Assembly: GCA_964016885.1 (NCBI GenBank)
Contig: OZ024761.1
Coordinates: 30,938,001 to 31,002,000, forward strand
Source of the DNA: Eledone cirrhosa
Taxonomy: Eukaryota
DNA: 64,000 bases
Direction: 5' to 3'
Shown: positions 39,501 through 53,800 of the stretch, one piece after another
How the letters are laid out: each line of letters starts with the position of its first letter
Numbering within the stretch: position 1 is the stretch's first letter
Program-made: the position numbers and the translations under genes
The notes under the pieces: generated by a model
What the model saw: the letters and a program-made list of their open reading frames with translations, nothing else
Told to the model about the DNA's origin: nothing
Database searches by the model: none

Positions 39501-42161
39501 AATGCAAGCATGGAAAAATGGATTTTAAAAATATAATGATGATGATGATGATGATGTTAATGGATTAAAAAAAGAACATAAAAAATATTACAAAAAAAGA
39601 AAGTATGGAGCTACAAACAATAAAATATGAAAATATGGACAGAAATAACTAAATTTACAGCATAGAATATTTACTTCAAGAAAAACTCAAGGTGTTACAC
39701 TATTGGATTAAGAAGCTAAACATATGGCTTCAGAACTGTATGAATTTTTAGTTCAACTCCTCTGTGCAGCAACCTTGTGGAAGTATCTTCTACCATAATC
39801 TCAAGTTGACTATAATATAAAGCCTTGAGAGTGGAAGCTATATGGAAGCCCGTTTCGAAACAACCATTCTTGTTCTTCTTGGGTAGGTGGTGGTAGATTT
39901 AATCTGGTCACCCAAGTTTAACACAACGACTTGGTCGTTTGGGTGCCTTCAGCAGAATCTACATCGTTGTAAGAATACAAGAATCCAACAAGGTGGTTGA
40001 TCTAAATATAATAGTTTCTCCTTCTCCTCATGAAGATTCCTACAAGAAGCCATAAGCACTGGCTTTTTTTATTTGGTTAACCCCTTTCATGACTGCATTT
40101 CTAATGAAATACACTATTTTAATTAATTAATAAAGAATTTTGAGGGATTAACTAAAATTATCAATTATTTCATTACTAAGATAGCAACCGAATATAAGAT
40201 TCTTCTAAAAAAAAATTATGTTTGAAGATTTTAATTTAAATTGGAAACTTTTAAAATGAGTGTGACTTTATTTCATAGAACCAGAGCTGGTTTTGGCCCA
40301 GGTTGGTAACTAAAGGGTTAAATCATAAAAGAAATAAGACACTCGTTTTGGTGTAGGATTTTAGATTTAAAAAAAGCTTTATTAAAGTAATAAAATTCGA
40401 TTTGGCATGTTGATTTAAATGTGTTTTAGCAGTAGATAAATTATAATTGCATAGAAAAATTGTGAATATAATTACAACTTTGATTCCTTAGAAACAGCGA
40501 TTATACATGTCTTTTTACAAGAATGGTTGATATCACAATTTATGGAGCTCATTTTGATTTGTTTTCGTAATTAACCCCATTTAATGCCTGCATATATGCA
40601 TATAATCCTCCAAAAGGGTCATTGAAGGATGTAACAGCTATGAAAGTGTGTATGTCTGTACATATGGACCCGTAACTCCTGGTAGAGTTGTAAGGGTACT
40701 ATCCTGACACACAGTGGGTTTTGGTATTTTAAAAACTGGCGGTATCCATCACTTCTCCAGGTATGAACACAGCTGATTTCTTCCAGAGAGATAGATAGAT
40801 AGATAGATAGAGGAAGGATCTGCCCCAGTACTAAACTGGTACTTTATTTATCGACCTTGAAAGGATGAAAGGCAAAGTCGACCTTGACGGAGTTTGAACT
40901 CAAAATGCCATCAGCAGGAAAAAAAAATGGCTAGACATTTTTTATCTGACACTTTAATGAACCCTGCCAATTTGCCACCTTAGAAGGAGAATATAGGTTG
41001 TTTTTGTTGTTGATGTTGTTATACAGGTAAAAAATAGTTTTGCCATGCCCAGAGGAAATCTCTTGTGTGGAAGAGAGAGCGGTGTGGGGACTGATTCATT
41101 TGAAAACATAACTCAGATATATTCCTCATCTTCTTATCTAAAAAGGAATAAAGACAACCTTTAAGTTCACAAAATTAAATATTTCTATTCTTATATTCCT
41201 GTCATTCTTGGTGTAATGGTTAAACGGGTTAGCCCTAAAGACATCCCAGTGATATGTGGTTTGATTCTCCACTGTTTTCCATCACCAAGGGTACTTTACC
41301 CAATTTATTCAACTATTATTCTATTATAATTATCTGCATTGTGGCGACTATATTTACATTTTTAAAATTATTTACTAAATAAAAATAATGAAATTATTAA
41401 AATCCATTAGGAAAACTCCTTTAAGCAATTAAGCTATTTATAATTAACCAATTCATTAAAGAATATTCCAGTTAATTATGAATTAATTAATTAATGAACA
41501 TTAATATAATAAATATGAATTAAAATCACTTTTATTATATACTTGGACCAATTATAGTAAAATCGAAACATACTAGTAATAAGAGTTTTAGTATAATATA
41601 TACCAAACTAAAAGTTAACATTTTCTTGGCATTTACTTACATTAAAATTCAAAGTTTATCTTTAATAGAGGGAAAAAATGGATGTTAAATGGTGGTGATG
41701 ATTTAATTATTTTCTAGGCTTGATTCTGAGTAATTAACTATTTACATTGAGCAGAAAATATCTATGAAATATTCAGTATATATGAAAAAAAAAAATATGC
41801 TTGTTATTTCTAATGTTTATAGTGTCTTTAGTACTGGACAGACAGATCATTGTGAAAATTTAGAGTAAACTAAAGTAAAGACTTCAATTTTTGTCATGAT
41901 GCAGTCATTGTTCGGTTTTGTATATTTTTCAAGTATGTTTTGCTAATGCGGTTTCATGTGTTACAGGACGTTAAAAGTTAAATTCATTATTTAAATAGAC
42001 ATATCACATTTTGTTTAAGATTTAATTCCTGATGCATTTTTTTTTTTGTCCCTTTAATGTCTTCAAAAAAAAAAACCCATTAGATAGTCCAAATTTTTTT
42101 TTCTTTTCCTTTGTGCAAATTTTCTTTCAGCAATAATGAAGGCACAATTTTCACAGTTTAA

Positions 42162-42360
42162 CCCTTTAGCATTCACATTACTCTATATATACTATTGTAT
42201 TTTGGTAGTAAGCACTTTATCTTACATAATTATCTCACAATATAGCGAATCTATGAGATTTTGATGTTATTTATCTTGAGAACAATACCTTAACATCAGT
42301 ATGAGTGGCTAGTTATAGCCGATTTGAACAGAAAATACGGCCGGTTTGAATGCTAAAGGG
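42162..42360. mobile_element. piggyBac-like MITE
   Basis: TTAA-CCCTTTAGCATT ... AATGCTAAAGGG-TTAA. Many more copies, e.g. 33719-33940, 42460-42665, 48990-49140 and 51282-51510. Confidence 0.8.
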
Positions 42361-42383
42361 TTAAAGAAATAGCGTTCACATTA

Positions 42384-42428
42384 TTAAGTTCTGGCGAGTT
42401 CGTAATCTTCTCTTCTATGTGGAGTTCC
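42384..42428 (-). CDS. DRAM: Probable terminal DRAM-like exon
   Basis: ttttctAG|GTPHRREDYELART*; phase 0 fits, but there is no conserved motif. Confidence 0.55.
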   Translation of the reverse strand, partial: GTPHRREDYELART

Positions 42429-45400
42429 CTAGAAAATAAGCGAAAGTAAAAAAATTATCAATTAGCATTTAAACTGGCTGTATCCAGCCAGAATTCTCTC
42501 ACCTCTTTCTGTTCAAACCAGCTGGAACCAGCCATTAATACTAACATTAAGGTAGTGTTCTCAAAATAGTAGATTAGATACTATGTGAGCTAATTATGTG
42601 AAATAAAGTGTTTACCGTGAAAATACAAGAGTAAATATAGAGTAATGTAAATTCTAAAGGGTTAAGAACCACATAGAATGGCACAACACCGAGTGGTTAG
42701 TACATTAGACTTAGGATCACAATGTAGTGAGTTCAATTTTTAGACCTGGTGGTGCATGGTGTTCTTCAGCAAAACAATTTCATGTTCCAGCACACTCAAC
42801 TGAAAATGAATACCAGCAGTAGCTGGAGAGTTAACTCCGTGATGGACTGGCATCCTGTCCAGGGTGTGTGTATGTGTATGTCTGGTTCTTCTCCACTGCC
42901 TTGGTATCCACTCTGTCACTCTAATAGTCCACCTGTTGTCTCTGAAACAAGAGATGTGGCCAGCCCATCTATTTGCTTTTCTTGATGGTCTTGATTTAAG
43001 TATATATAATGAATTAATTCCCTTTGTTGAACAAAAAGGAAAGAAAAAATTCTGAAATGTTCTAATAATTTCTAACATTGGTACAAAACCAACAAATTTT
43101 ACTGGTACTTTATTTTATCAACCCTGGAAGGATGAAATTTAAAGTTGACCTCAGCGAGATTTGAACTCAGAATGTAAAGAACTAGAATAAAGAGCATGTC
43201 ATTTTATCTGATGCTCTACCAATTCCTCACCAATATTTTAATAATTGTTTCTTCTGTTGGCACAAGGCCAGCAATTATCCAGTGTATTACTGGTACTTTA
43301 TTTTATCGACTCCATAAGGATGAAAGGCAAAGTTAACCTCAGCGGGATTTGAACTCAGAATGACAAGGGCCGTAACTCTATGCGTCAAAGCATGGCGTCT
43401 GACCCCCTACCGATACTGCCAATCGACCAATATTTTAATAATGGTTTCTGATTTTGGTCCATGGCCAACAGTTTTGGGGGAGGAGAAAGTTGATTAAATT
43501 GACCCAAGTACATTACTGGTACTTTATTTTATCGACCCCCGATAAGGATGAAAGGCAAAGTTAACCTCAGCAGGATTTGAACTCAGATCGCAAAGGGCCA
43601 TAACTCTATATTGCAAAGCAGGGTGCCTGATGCTCTACTGATGCTGCCGATCCACAGTAGTATTAAACTATTAATGCCTCTCTCTGATAACTTTCCCATC
43701 ACCACTATCTTCCTCAACATATACATACTTCCGAAACTCTCAGTTTAAAGACAAACAAGCCTTCACATTTGAAAAGAGAATTATGAGCTGGAGGGGAGGG
43801 GGGGGTATGAAACAAAATAATTTACTTATTTATTTATTTATTTATTTATTTAAAAACAAAACAAAACAACCAAAAAAATTAAATAAGGTGTAATTTTATC
43901 CACCTACTTACCACACGTATGTTTGGCGGCCCAAGTGCCATGTGGCGGAAATTATGGACGAAGGTTAAAACGTAGACAAGAATCATCGTGGCAAGTAGCC
44001 ATTCTGTACATGTCGATGCTAGATAGATATCCTTATGTATGGTCTGAAATATCAAAGTTAATCGGGTTATTAACAATAATATCTACTCTCGGGTCTTCAA
44101 AAGTCATTGTTCTCGCCATCTTATTAATTTTTCAGGATCCCCCCCCCCCTCCCCCTGCTTATTAAATTAACAAAAAACTAGTTGTAACTGCAATTCAAGG
44201 GGCCAGCCTTGTCACAGTGTGATTCACTGAGAATTACATTAACCCTTTAGTTACAAACCCGGCTAAAACCAGCCCTGGTTCTATGAAATAAAACCATCCA
44301 TTTTGAAGGTTTTCAATTCAAACTCTGGACTCTGCCAGGTTTAAAATGCCAAAGATACACTGTACGTCAGAATCATACCCCCTACGACTCTACCAGGAGT
44401 TATGGGTCCATACGTACAGACACACACACTTTCATAGCTGTTACATCATTCAATGATCCTTTGTCATAAGACATAATAAAAGGGTTTGCTATTAAGAAGG
44501 GCATTCAGCTGTACTGTTTTAAAAAATACTTAAAGTCTGTCTCAAGCACGGATGCTTACCAGGCTGGTGTTTATCTCAGTTTCCTTGGTGTTAAGTGACT
44601 GAGGAGTACAGGACTTCCCCCTGGAAAAGACACTAGTATATCTCAGAGTTAACTCTCTAGTTACTGCTGGCACTCAGCTATACAGTAAAAAAGAAAATGT
44701 CCAAAGTCAAGCCTGGACACTCATCAGGCTGGTGTTTATCCTAGTTTCCTTGGTGTTAAGTGACCGAGGGGTACAGGACTTCCCCCTGGACAGGACACTA
44801 GTCCATCACAGAGTTAACTCCCCAGTTACTACTGGTACTCATTTTCAGCTGAGTATACTTGAGTAACGTGAAATGAAGTGTTTTGCTCAAGAACACAACA
44901 CGCACAACTCAGTCCAGGAATCAAACCTACAACATCATGATCCGAAGTCCAACACTCTAACCACTAAGCCATCTCCTCAAACTGGACCGGACTGATCCTA
45001 TGATGAGTATGAAGTCTATCAAGAGACTGGCAATGCTAATCCCTGCTTCAGTAAGGAAAATAACCTCACTAGGATCAACTGTGCCTCTCATTCTCTTCCA
45101 TACCAGTCAGATACTGGGGATTTGATTCAACTAACTATACACTCCTACTGTGGTCTTGTGCCAATTTTGGCAAACAATATTTATTCAGATTATTTGCCTT
45201 TAAATATCAAACCCACACATTTAAGTTTGACTTTTCACGTCTCTAATTATGAAAATATTCAAGAATTAAATACACCACACCACTTCCTCATTGTACCCCA
45301 GTGACTAAATAGGGGCTAGTTGTGTAGTTATGTGTCTGTGGGGGGTGATAGTGGTGGAGGGTGACTATTCAAGATTAAACATTCTGTGGCATTTCACAAA

Positions 45401-47828
45401 ACAGCAGAGTGTGTCAGGTATAATAAGTGGACAGTAGCTACGTTAAGGTGGAGGCAGTGGTGAGGAGGGATGGAAAGAAGGAAGGAAGATGGAAGGGTGA
45501 TGCTGTTAGGGAGATAACACTCTTTATATGACAAAAGATGGAAAACTGCCAATTGTTTGTGTAGATGGAGAGATCTATTGTAGAAATATGTATTGTTAGC
45601 ATTTAAACTGGTTGTATCTGGCCAGAATTCTCCCACCTTTTTCCCTTCAAACTGGCCATAAGTGACAGAAACTGGCCACTCAGTGATGTTAAGGTATTGT
45701 TCTCAAAATAAATAATATCAAAATCTCATAGATTTGATATTATATATAATAATAATAATAATAATGAAATATTGTGTACAGTGCTCAGGTGCACTACAAC
45801 TCATCAAAAAGTGTATGTATAGTACATAGGGTAATGTACAAGCGTCAGGAAAATGAACAGTGCAGGAGTCATGATATACACATGTGTGCATGTGTATGGA
45901 AGGGGTACATCAGGTGTAGTTTTGGCAAATTTCGGGAAGCATGAGGGTTTTAAAGGATGCAGTGTCTCGGCAGCTAACAACTGACGCAGGCAGTTTGTTC
46001 CATGCTTCAGCAACTCTGAGCGTGAAAAAATGTTTCCGAAAGTCATGGGAGCTGTGCTGTTTTCTGATTTTGTAGGCATGTCCACGTGTGTTAGACATAT
46101 GGAGATCAAAAAGGTGCTCAGGGTTGTTGTTGGTGAGATGGTTAATAACTTTGTGGGTGTTTACCAAGTTCATTGCCAGACATCGGAGCTTCAATGAATC
46201 CATGCCCAGGGAAGCAAGGCGTTCAGAGTATGGTAGGTGTCTGATGGAGGGTATGCGCTTGGTTGCACGTCTCTGAACAGTTTCCAGGCGGTCAATGTTC
46301 TGAGCAAGATAGGTTCCAGACTGATGATGCGAATTCCAAGTGTGGTCGTACCATAGCTGTATACAGCTTTAAATAGATGGCTGGAGAGCGGCTAACAAAG
46401 GTCTTGCTGAGTGATGCCAAGACACCCTCGGCCTTCTTGACAATCTTAGAGACATGCTTTGTCCAACGCAAATCACTGCTGACAGTAATGCCTAGGTCAC
46501 ATTCATAAGGGGACTTCTTGATATCAGTGTTGTGGAGGGAGTATGTGGACGCTGGATTTTTCCTCCTAAAATGCATGGTGGTACACTTATGCGAGATAAT
46601 TATGAGATAAAGCCTTTACCATGGAAATGCAATAGTAAATATAAAGTTATGTAAATGTGTTAACGGGTTAAACTTTGGTATAGAGCTAGTAAGCCATGAC
46701 AGACTAAGGGCTGTATCTAGTACCCCTTACAGTTCAGAAACAAAAATAAAATAGACAATGAAATTTTACAAAAAAGGGAGGGGCTGCCAACAGGAGGTAA
46801 AAGAAGTATAAATAAGATTTAATATAAAAAGAGTTGCAGCTATAAAGCAACTAAATGTTTCTGTTGAATCCTTTTCTAATCTCCATGAACTGAAAGAGCT
46901 TGTTTATAGTTGGTAGATCTTTGACAATACAAGGGCAGGCTGAAACGTTCATAGACTGACTATAAAGGAGTTGATGCTAGAGCTGTGAAATATTGCATAC
47001 ATTAATTTCAACTCTTCTTATGTGTCAGAGCAATTGATAGAGTATAAGAACAAGCTATCAATTTTATATGTAAATGTGTGACATCCTAACGATTATCCGC
47101 CACCTCAAATTAATTTAACCCCCCCCCCCCCCCCCCCGGCCGGCCGACAGGATTGAAAATGCATTTCCCCAGAGGACGGCGAGGGAGACATGTTGGAACA
47201 GCCACACCACTTTGCGGGGCTCACACCTGCACACCGCCAACTCTGCTTCAATAGCAGTGAATAGGGATGTGGTCTTATTAATTTTTTCTACTATAGATAC
47301 AAGGCCACCAATTTGAAGGCAAGGGGAAAGTTGATTAAATCGACCCCAGTGCATTACTGGTGCTTTATTTATCGACCCTGTAACAATGAAAGGCAACGCT
47401 AACCTCAGCGGGATTTGAAGGGCTGTAACTCTATGCTATGAAGCATGGTGTCTGACTCTCTACCGATACTGCCAATTCACCTTAATAATTGCATTATTTC
47501 TTTCCTGGGACGATGTTGGAAAATAAACCTTCCATGAGAGTATCTTCGTCAGCCAACTCTCATATATTGTATCTGTAATCTTGGTAGATTTTTAATGATC
47601 AGTTTTAAGGTGTTCTCTCTCTTTCTCTCAGACTGTGTGTATGTGTGTGTATGCTTATACACAAGTGTGTGTGTGTATATTTATATATACACTAGACCAC
47701 TCATGACCCATTGGGTCACGTTCACTTAAAAATATTTTTTTTAAAAATCATGTTAACTTAAAAAATAATTTTTGAATAATTAAGATATACACAGACAGGT
47801 ATATAATGTAAAATGAAATTGGAAAGTC

Positions 47829-47896
<68 letters not shown>

Positions 47897-50800
47897 CGGA
47901 AAAACTCCAAATCGCGGGGAGCCGTGCTCCGATTTACATGAAACTTATTCTATTCCATTTGTATTCCCATTTCAGGGGCAACTTCCTTTCAAAGTATTTC
48001 CCAATTAGGCGCTATTTTGGCTGTATTACATTACAGACAAGCACACAATCACAGAGTTTTAGTAATATATATATATATATATAATAATGATAATAATAAT
48101 GAAATTATTGTGTACAGTGCTCAGGTGCACTACAACTCGTCAAAGGTGCATGTATAGTACATAGAATAATATACAAATGTCAGGGAAGTGAATAGTGTAT
48201 GAGTCATGATATACATGTGTGTATGTGTATGGAGGGGGAACATTGGGTGTAGTGTTGGCGAATCTCGGGAAGCATGGAAATTTTAAAGGATATATATATG
48301 AGAAATGCAATAAACAATGTTTTTATACTTACATATTTTGATCCTTCATATTTATTTAGCTTGTAATATATTACTGTACATATAACTGAATCTAGGTTAA
48401 GGTATAATAACAACAAACATCATGTATATACATATGTAGCTGATCTCTCGGACTTTTACGAAGTGCTGAGGGAGTAAAGTTAATATAAAGAGTGGTGGTG
48501 TGCTCATGCACAGAGATGCTATAAAATAGCTTATAAAAGAGGGTGAAGACCCCGAAAGACGGAGATATAGGATGTGATTCCTCATAGCGACCAATGGTAA
48601 CTTCTTTTTCCGTCTTTAAGGGTCTTCACTCTATTTTATAGCATCTCTGCACATCATTCTTTAAATTAATTAATAAACAGATAGTCAACAAATAAAACCA
48701 CTGAGTGACGGGTTGCAGACAAACACACTATATCATCATCGTTTAATGTCCATTTTCCATGTTAGCATGGGTTAGACAGGTTTGTCGTACTCAAGGCAAG
48801 CTGGGTCAGGTGACTGTGTCACGCTCATATAGGACTGTTTCTGGCTGGTTTTCTATGGCTGGATGCTCTTCCTAATGCCAACCACATTTTGATATTATTT
48901 ATTTTGAGAACAATACCTTAACATAAGTATGAGTAGCCAGTTACGGCCGATTTGAACAGAAAGAGGTGAGAGAATTCTGGCCGGATATGGCTGGTTTAAA
49001 TGCTAAAGTATTAAGGTATTGTTCTGAAAATATATATATCAATATCTCATAGATTTGATATTATGTGAGACAATTATATAAAATAGAGTGTTTGCTATGA
49101 AAATATAATAGTAAATATGATGTAAATGCTAAAGGGTTAAATAGCCTTTTAAACTGAGCTTATTGTAAGATTAAGAATTTCTTTTAGTACCGAATAAAGA
49201 AATAAATGAATTATCAAAAATGTCAGTGGCTGGGCATTGACATTTCCAAGCCACACCAATTTTATATTGATGGCATCAAGTGCACCACTATGCACTCGTT
49301 TCACTTTTCATGTGCATTATTCCTACACAAGCCCAATACTAAGTTAATACAAACAAAAAAAAAAAACATGTTAAAATCTGTCCCAAATCCTGAAGTTTAT
49401 CAGACCAGTACTTATCTTGGTTTCCTCAGCATTAAGTGACTAAGAATACAAGGCTACCCTCCACACTGGATAGATGCTGGCAGGGCTAGAGTTTCACTTG
49501 CTAAGACTCATGGGCAACCTGCGGCCTGTGAAGCTTTCTGAATGGCTCACCTAAGGGAAATCTTTGATTTGTTTACCCCGACTGAGTTACCACCCTTTTC
49601 TTTTTTAATATGGGCACGAATGTAAATTAGCGCTTGTGGCCCGCCTGCTGCAAAGCATGGTGTCCAACCCTCTACCAATAATGTAAATGCTAAAGGGTTA
49701 AAGAAAGATTCAGTTAATAGCTGAAAACAACAACAACAACAAAAAAAGATTTAAATGAAGGGAACATGGCACAGTTTTGTTTGGTTTTCAATTGTTAAGA
49801 AAATAAGGATACAAATGACGAGTATGATTGAAATTAATATACTAATGGTGAGACGAGTTCTTTGAATACACACACAGTCAATTTTGCGAGTTAGAAGAGT
49901 CTGTAACCAACAATAGACTGTGCCGATACCAAAGGCTAAAAATGCACCAAAATAATGAGGGACTTTAAGAAGTTTGGCCTTTAAAAAAAAAAGAAAGAAA
50001 AAAATTATATCAATATTAATAATTCAGTAATCATACATTAATTATTGAAGTGTTATTATTTTAACTATTTTAAAAAATACAGTGGAACCTTGATTCATGA
50101 ATCTCTCACATCACAAGCAAATCGGTTCATCAACAATTTTTCTGAATATAAAACATCTCGGGGGAGACGAACAGTGTCTCGAGTAATGAAAACTTAAGCA
50201 GGCAACAACGGTTAACAAGCTTGTAGTATCGGTGGGAAAGCATGTAAGTTAGTTACTGTGGTGATATCTATTTGTTTTTCACACACAGTCTCTCTTTCTT
50301 GCTATTTCTCTCTCAACATTTTGGTTTACCAACATTTCAGGTAAAGAAGAGCCTTCAAGAATAAATTAAGTTCATGAACCAAGGTTCCACAAAGGTTCCA
50401 CAAAGACCTTCGTTAAGTTATGCTTCTAACACCAGCTTAATAATGATGATTTTTAATTTAGATTCAAGGATAAAGTTCATTAAATCAAACCCTAGTACTT
50501 GACTGGTAGTAATGAAGTCAAAATTGACCCCGACAAGATTTGATCTCAGAATATAGAGTGCCGTAACAAATACCATAAAGCAGTTGTCCGACGCTCTAAT
50601 GGCTCAGTCAATTCAACTCTCTACACTAGCTTAATAATTGTTTCTACTTTAGGCACAAGGCCAGCAATTTTGGTGTGTGTGTGTGTGGGGGGGGGGGCGA
50701 TTAATCGACCCCAGTGCATTACTGGTGCTTTATTTTATCAACCTCGTAAGGATGAAAGGCAAAGTTAACTTTGGTGGGATTTGAACTCAGAACATAACTA

Positions 50801-53800
50801 TGTTGCAAAGCATGGCGTCCGACCCTCAACCGATACTGCTAATTCACTGCCCTACACTAGCTTAATAATGAGAAAGTTTTATTACTAAATTTGTCAGGGT
50901 TTAATGACAAAACTAATTTTTCCATTATTTATCCAGTGTTTGTAAGTAACCCTAACCCTTTAGCATTCACATTACTCTATATATACTAATATATTTTCAT
51001 GGTAAAGGCTTCATCTCTTATAATAATCATCTCACATAATATCGAATCTATGAGATTTTGAAAGTATTTATTTTGAGAACAATATCTTAACATCAGTTTG
51101 AGTGACCAGTTACAGCCAGTTTCAACAGAAAAAGGTAGAGAATTCTGGCCGGTTAAAGTAGACTCTTACATAAAATTATGAATGAAGTTTTTTTTTTTTT
51201 TTTGATAAACGTAAACAGTTTAAAGTGATCAATTTTGCATTATAGAACTTGGGTCAGGCAGTTTAGTGTGTCAAATGAGTTAGCCCTTTAGCATTTAAAC
51301 CGGCTGTATCCGACCAGAATTCTCTCACCTTTTTCTGTTCAAACTGGCTGTAACTGACTGCTTATATTGATGTTACGGTAATGTTCTCAAAATAAATAAC
51401 ATCGAAATCTCATAGATTCCATATTATGTGAGATAATTATGTAAAGTATAGACTTTACTGTGAAAATACAATAGTAAATATAAGAGTAATGAAAATGCTA
51501 AAGGGTTAAAATGAACAGTTTTGTATTGTAGAACTTGGGTCAGTTTCAGACAGTTTGGTGTCAAATGGGTTAATGATTAGAAAATTATTTGTTTTACTAA
51601 CTTTTAAAACAAACATTTTTATTGGAATTTTCTTTTCTTATACTACTTCTTCGCCTACTTATTTCTGAGAGAGCTGTGGAGACAGAGTCCTTAAACACTC
51701 TTTCCAAAGGGCCCTGTCAGAAGCAACCATCTTCAATTGATCCGGCTGTCTATCCTCAAGCAAGACCAGACGAGCTTATGGACGTTATACAACCATCACG
51801 CTCAGGGCCTACCCCTTGCTCTCCTGCCAAGTGGTTTTGCCCATAAAATCTGTCCAGCGTTTCTTTCTTTAGACATTCTAACCACATGCTTGTAATATCG
51901 GAGCTGTGATCTCTCAATTCAGAGACGTTGCAGTTTTACCTGGAGAAACTCTCTGATCTCTGAACTACAGTCTCTATTGAGTAAGGTTACTACAAAGATC
52001 CTCCGCAGGAACTTGATTTCAGCCGCTTGTATTCACGATTATATTTTTTAATACTTTACTAATTAGTATGTTGTATGAATTAGCAAACTCAGAATATATT
52101 TTAACAGTGTGATTAACAAAGCTAATTAGGGGGCAATAACAAGTGAGGTAATAAAAAAAATCATTGGGGCATACTTACTTGGAAATTGGCCACCATACAA
52201 AGACCAAAAGCTGACAAAATACCAATTATAAGACCAGCAACATTAAGACGTTTTTCCTTTGGAGTTATATCTGTGTAGCTAGCTTTTACTTGCAAAAACC
52301 GAATGTAAGCATTGAAACCCACTAAAAGATACAAAGTTTGTGTGGCAAATGAGAGAAAAATATTTCAACAGAAAGAATTAAAAGAATAAAACAAGAAAAG
52401 CCATTGAAATAAATATATAAAACAAAAACATTTTAAATTGGAAATTTTGATATAATTGTCTAACCCTTGCTAGCAGGGAAAGCAAACAAACGATGATACA
52501 CACACACATAATCATAACACACACTCACACACACATTATATCCAGGGGTGTGTTCCAATAAATATTTGCTCTACGGTTTTATATATATATATATTAGTTA
52601 ATTCCACAACAAATTAGCAAACCATATTTGAGGACATGTGTTTCACCAGAGGGGAGTTGAAAACCCCTCTGGTGAAACATGTGCCCTTGAATACAAGTTT
52701 GCTAGTTTGTTGTGGAATTAACTCTATACCGAAATCGTCCTTTGGATTGAGAGCCCTACAAACTTCAGATAGAACCTTTTCTTTTTTTGTTCACCACAAT
52801 ACATATATAGTGAAGTGAAGGTGCATGGCTTAGTGGTTAGAGCATTGGGCTTGCAATTGAAAGGTTGTGAGTTCAATTCTCGGATGGGGTGATGTGTTGT
52901 GTCCTTGAGCAAGACACTTTATTTCACATTGGTCCAGATTACTCAGCTGTAGAAATGAGTTGTGACATCACTGATGCCAAGCTGTATTGGCCATAGCCTT
53001 TTCCTTGGACATCATCGGTGGTGTGGAGAGGGGAGGCTGGTATGTATGGACGGCTGTTGGTCTTCCTCTAAACAACCTTGCCCAGACTTGTGCCTTGGAG
53101 AGAAACTTTCTAGGTGCAAATCCCATGGTCATTCGTTATATATATAGTGGGTAGACCAAGAAAAACCTGGGACGAGGTGATAAAAACTAACCTTGCTCAC
53201 TTACACCTCTCTAAGACAATGACACTAGATCGAGATCTTTGGCACCATGCAGTTGTACAGAAGACCTGACTGCCATTGCATACAAACCCACAGTCAGTAG
53301 GCACCTCTTAACCCAATGTACACCCCACCCACACACCCTACCCCATCCTCCCTTTCCTGTTCCGTCCACTGTGTTAATGACACAACAGTCAACACTGTAG
53401 GAGACATGGTAAAAAGGCTCCCAGTCCACACTGTAAATATGGTTGGTGTTAGGACCTTTTACAGCATCCAGCTGTAAAAAAAAAAAAAACCTGCTAGAGA
53501 TACTTGTGTACGAGCGAGACATGGTCTCCTGACCATTCCTGCATCACATTGAGCAAAACCGTCTAGCATGGAAGATGGACAATAAACGATGATGATGATG
53601 ATTATATATGTCAATAAACACATGATGTCTCTTGTGTATGTTGTTAGCCAGTGTATTTGATATGATATAAGGGAGTTTAAGAATTTTGTAAAAGACAAAG
53701 ATCAAGTAAAAAATACATCTAAAAAAATATTAACTTACATAGAAGTGCACCAATATTCACACAAAGGGAGAATATCGATTTTTCAGGTTCTTCAATAGCT

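Noticed and set aside
50947-50960. Telomere-like aaccctaaccct
   Set aside because: Only two units, overlapping a piggyBac-like MITE end.
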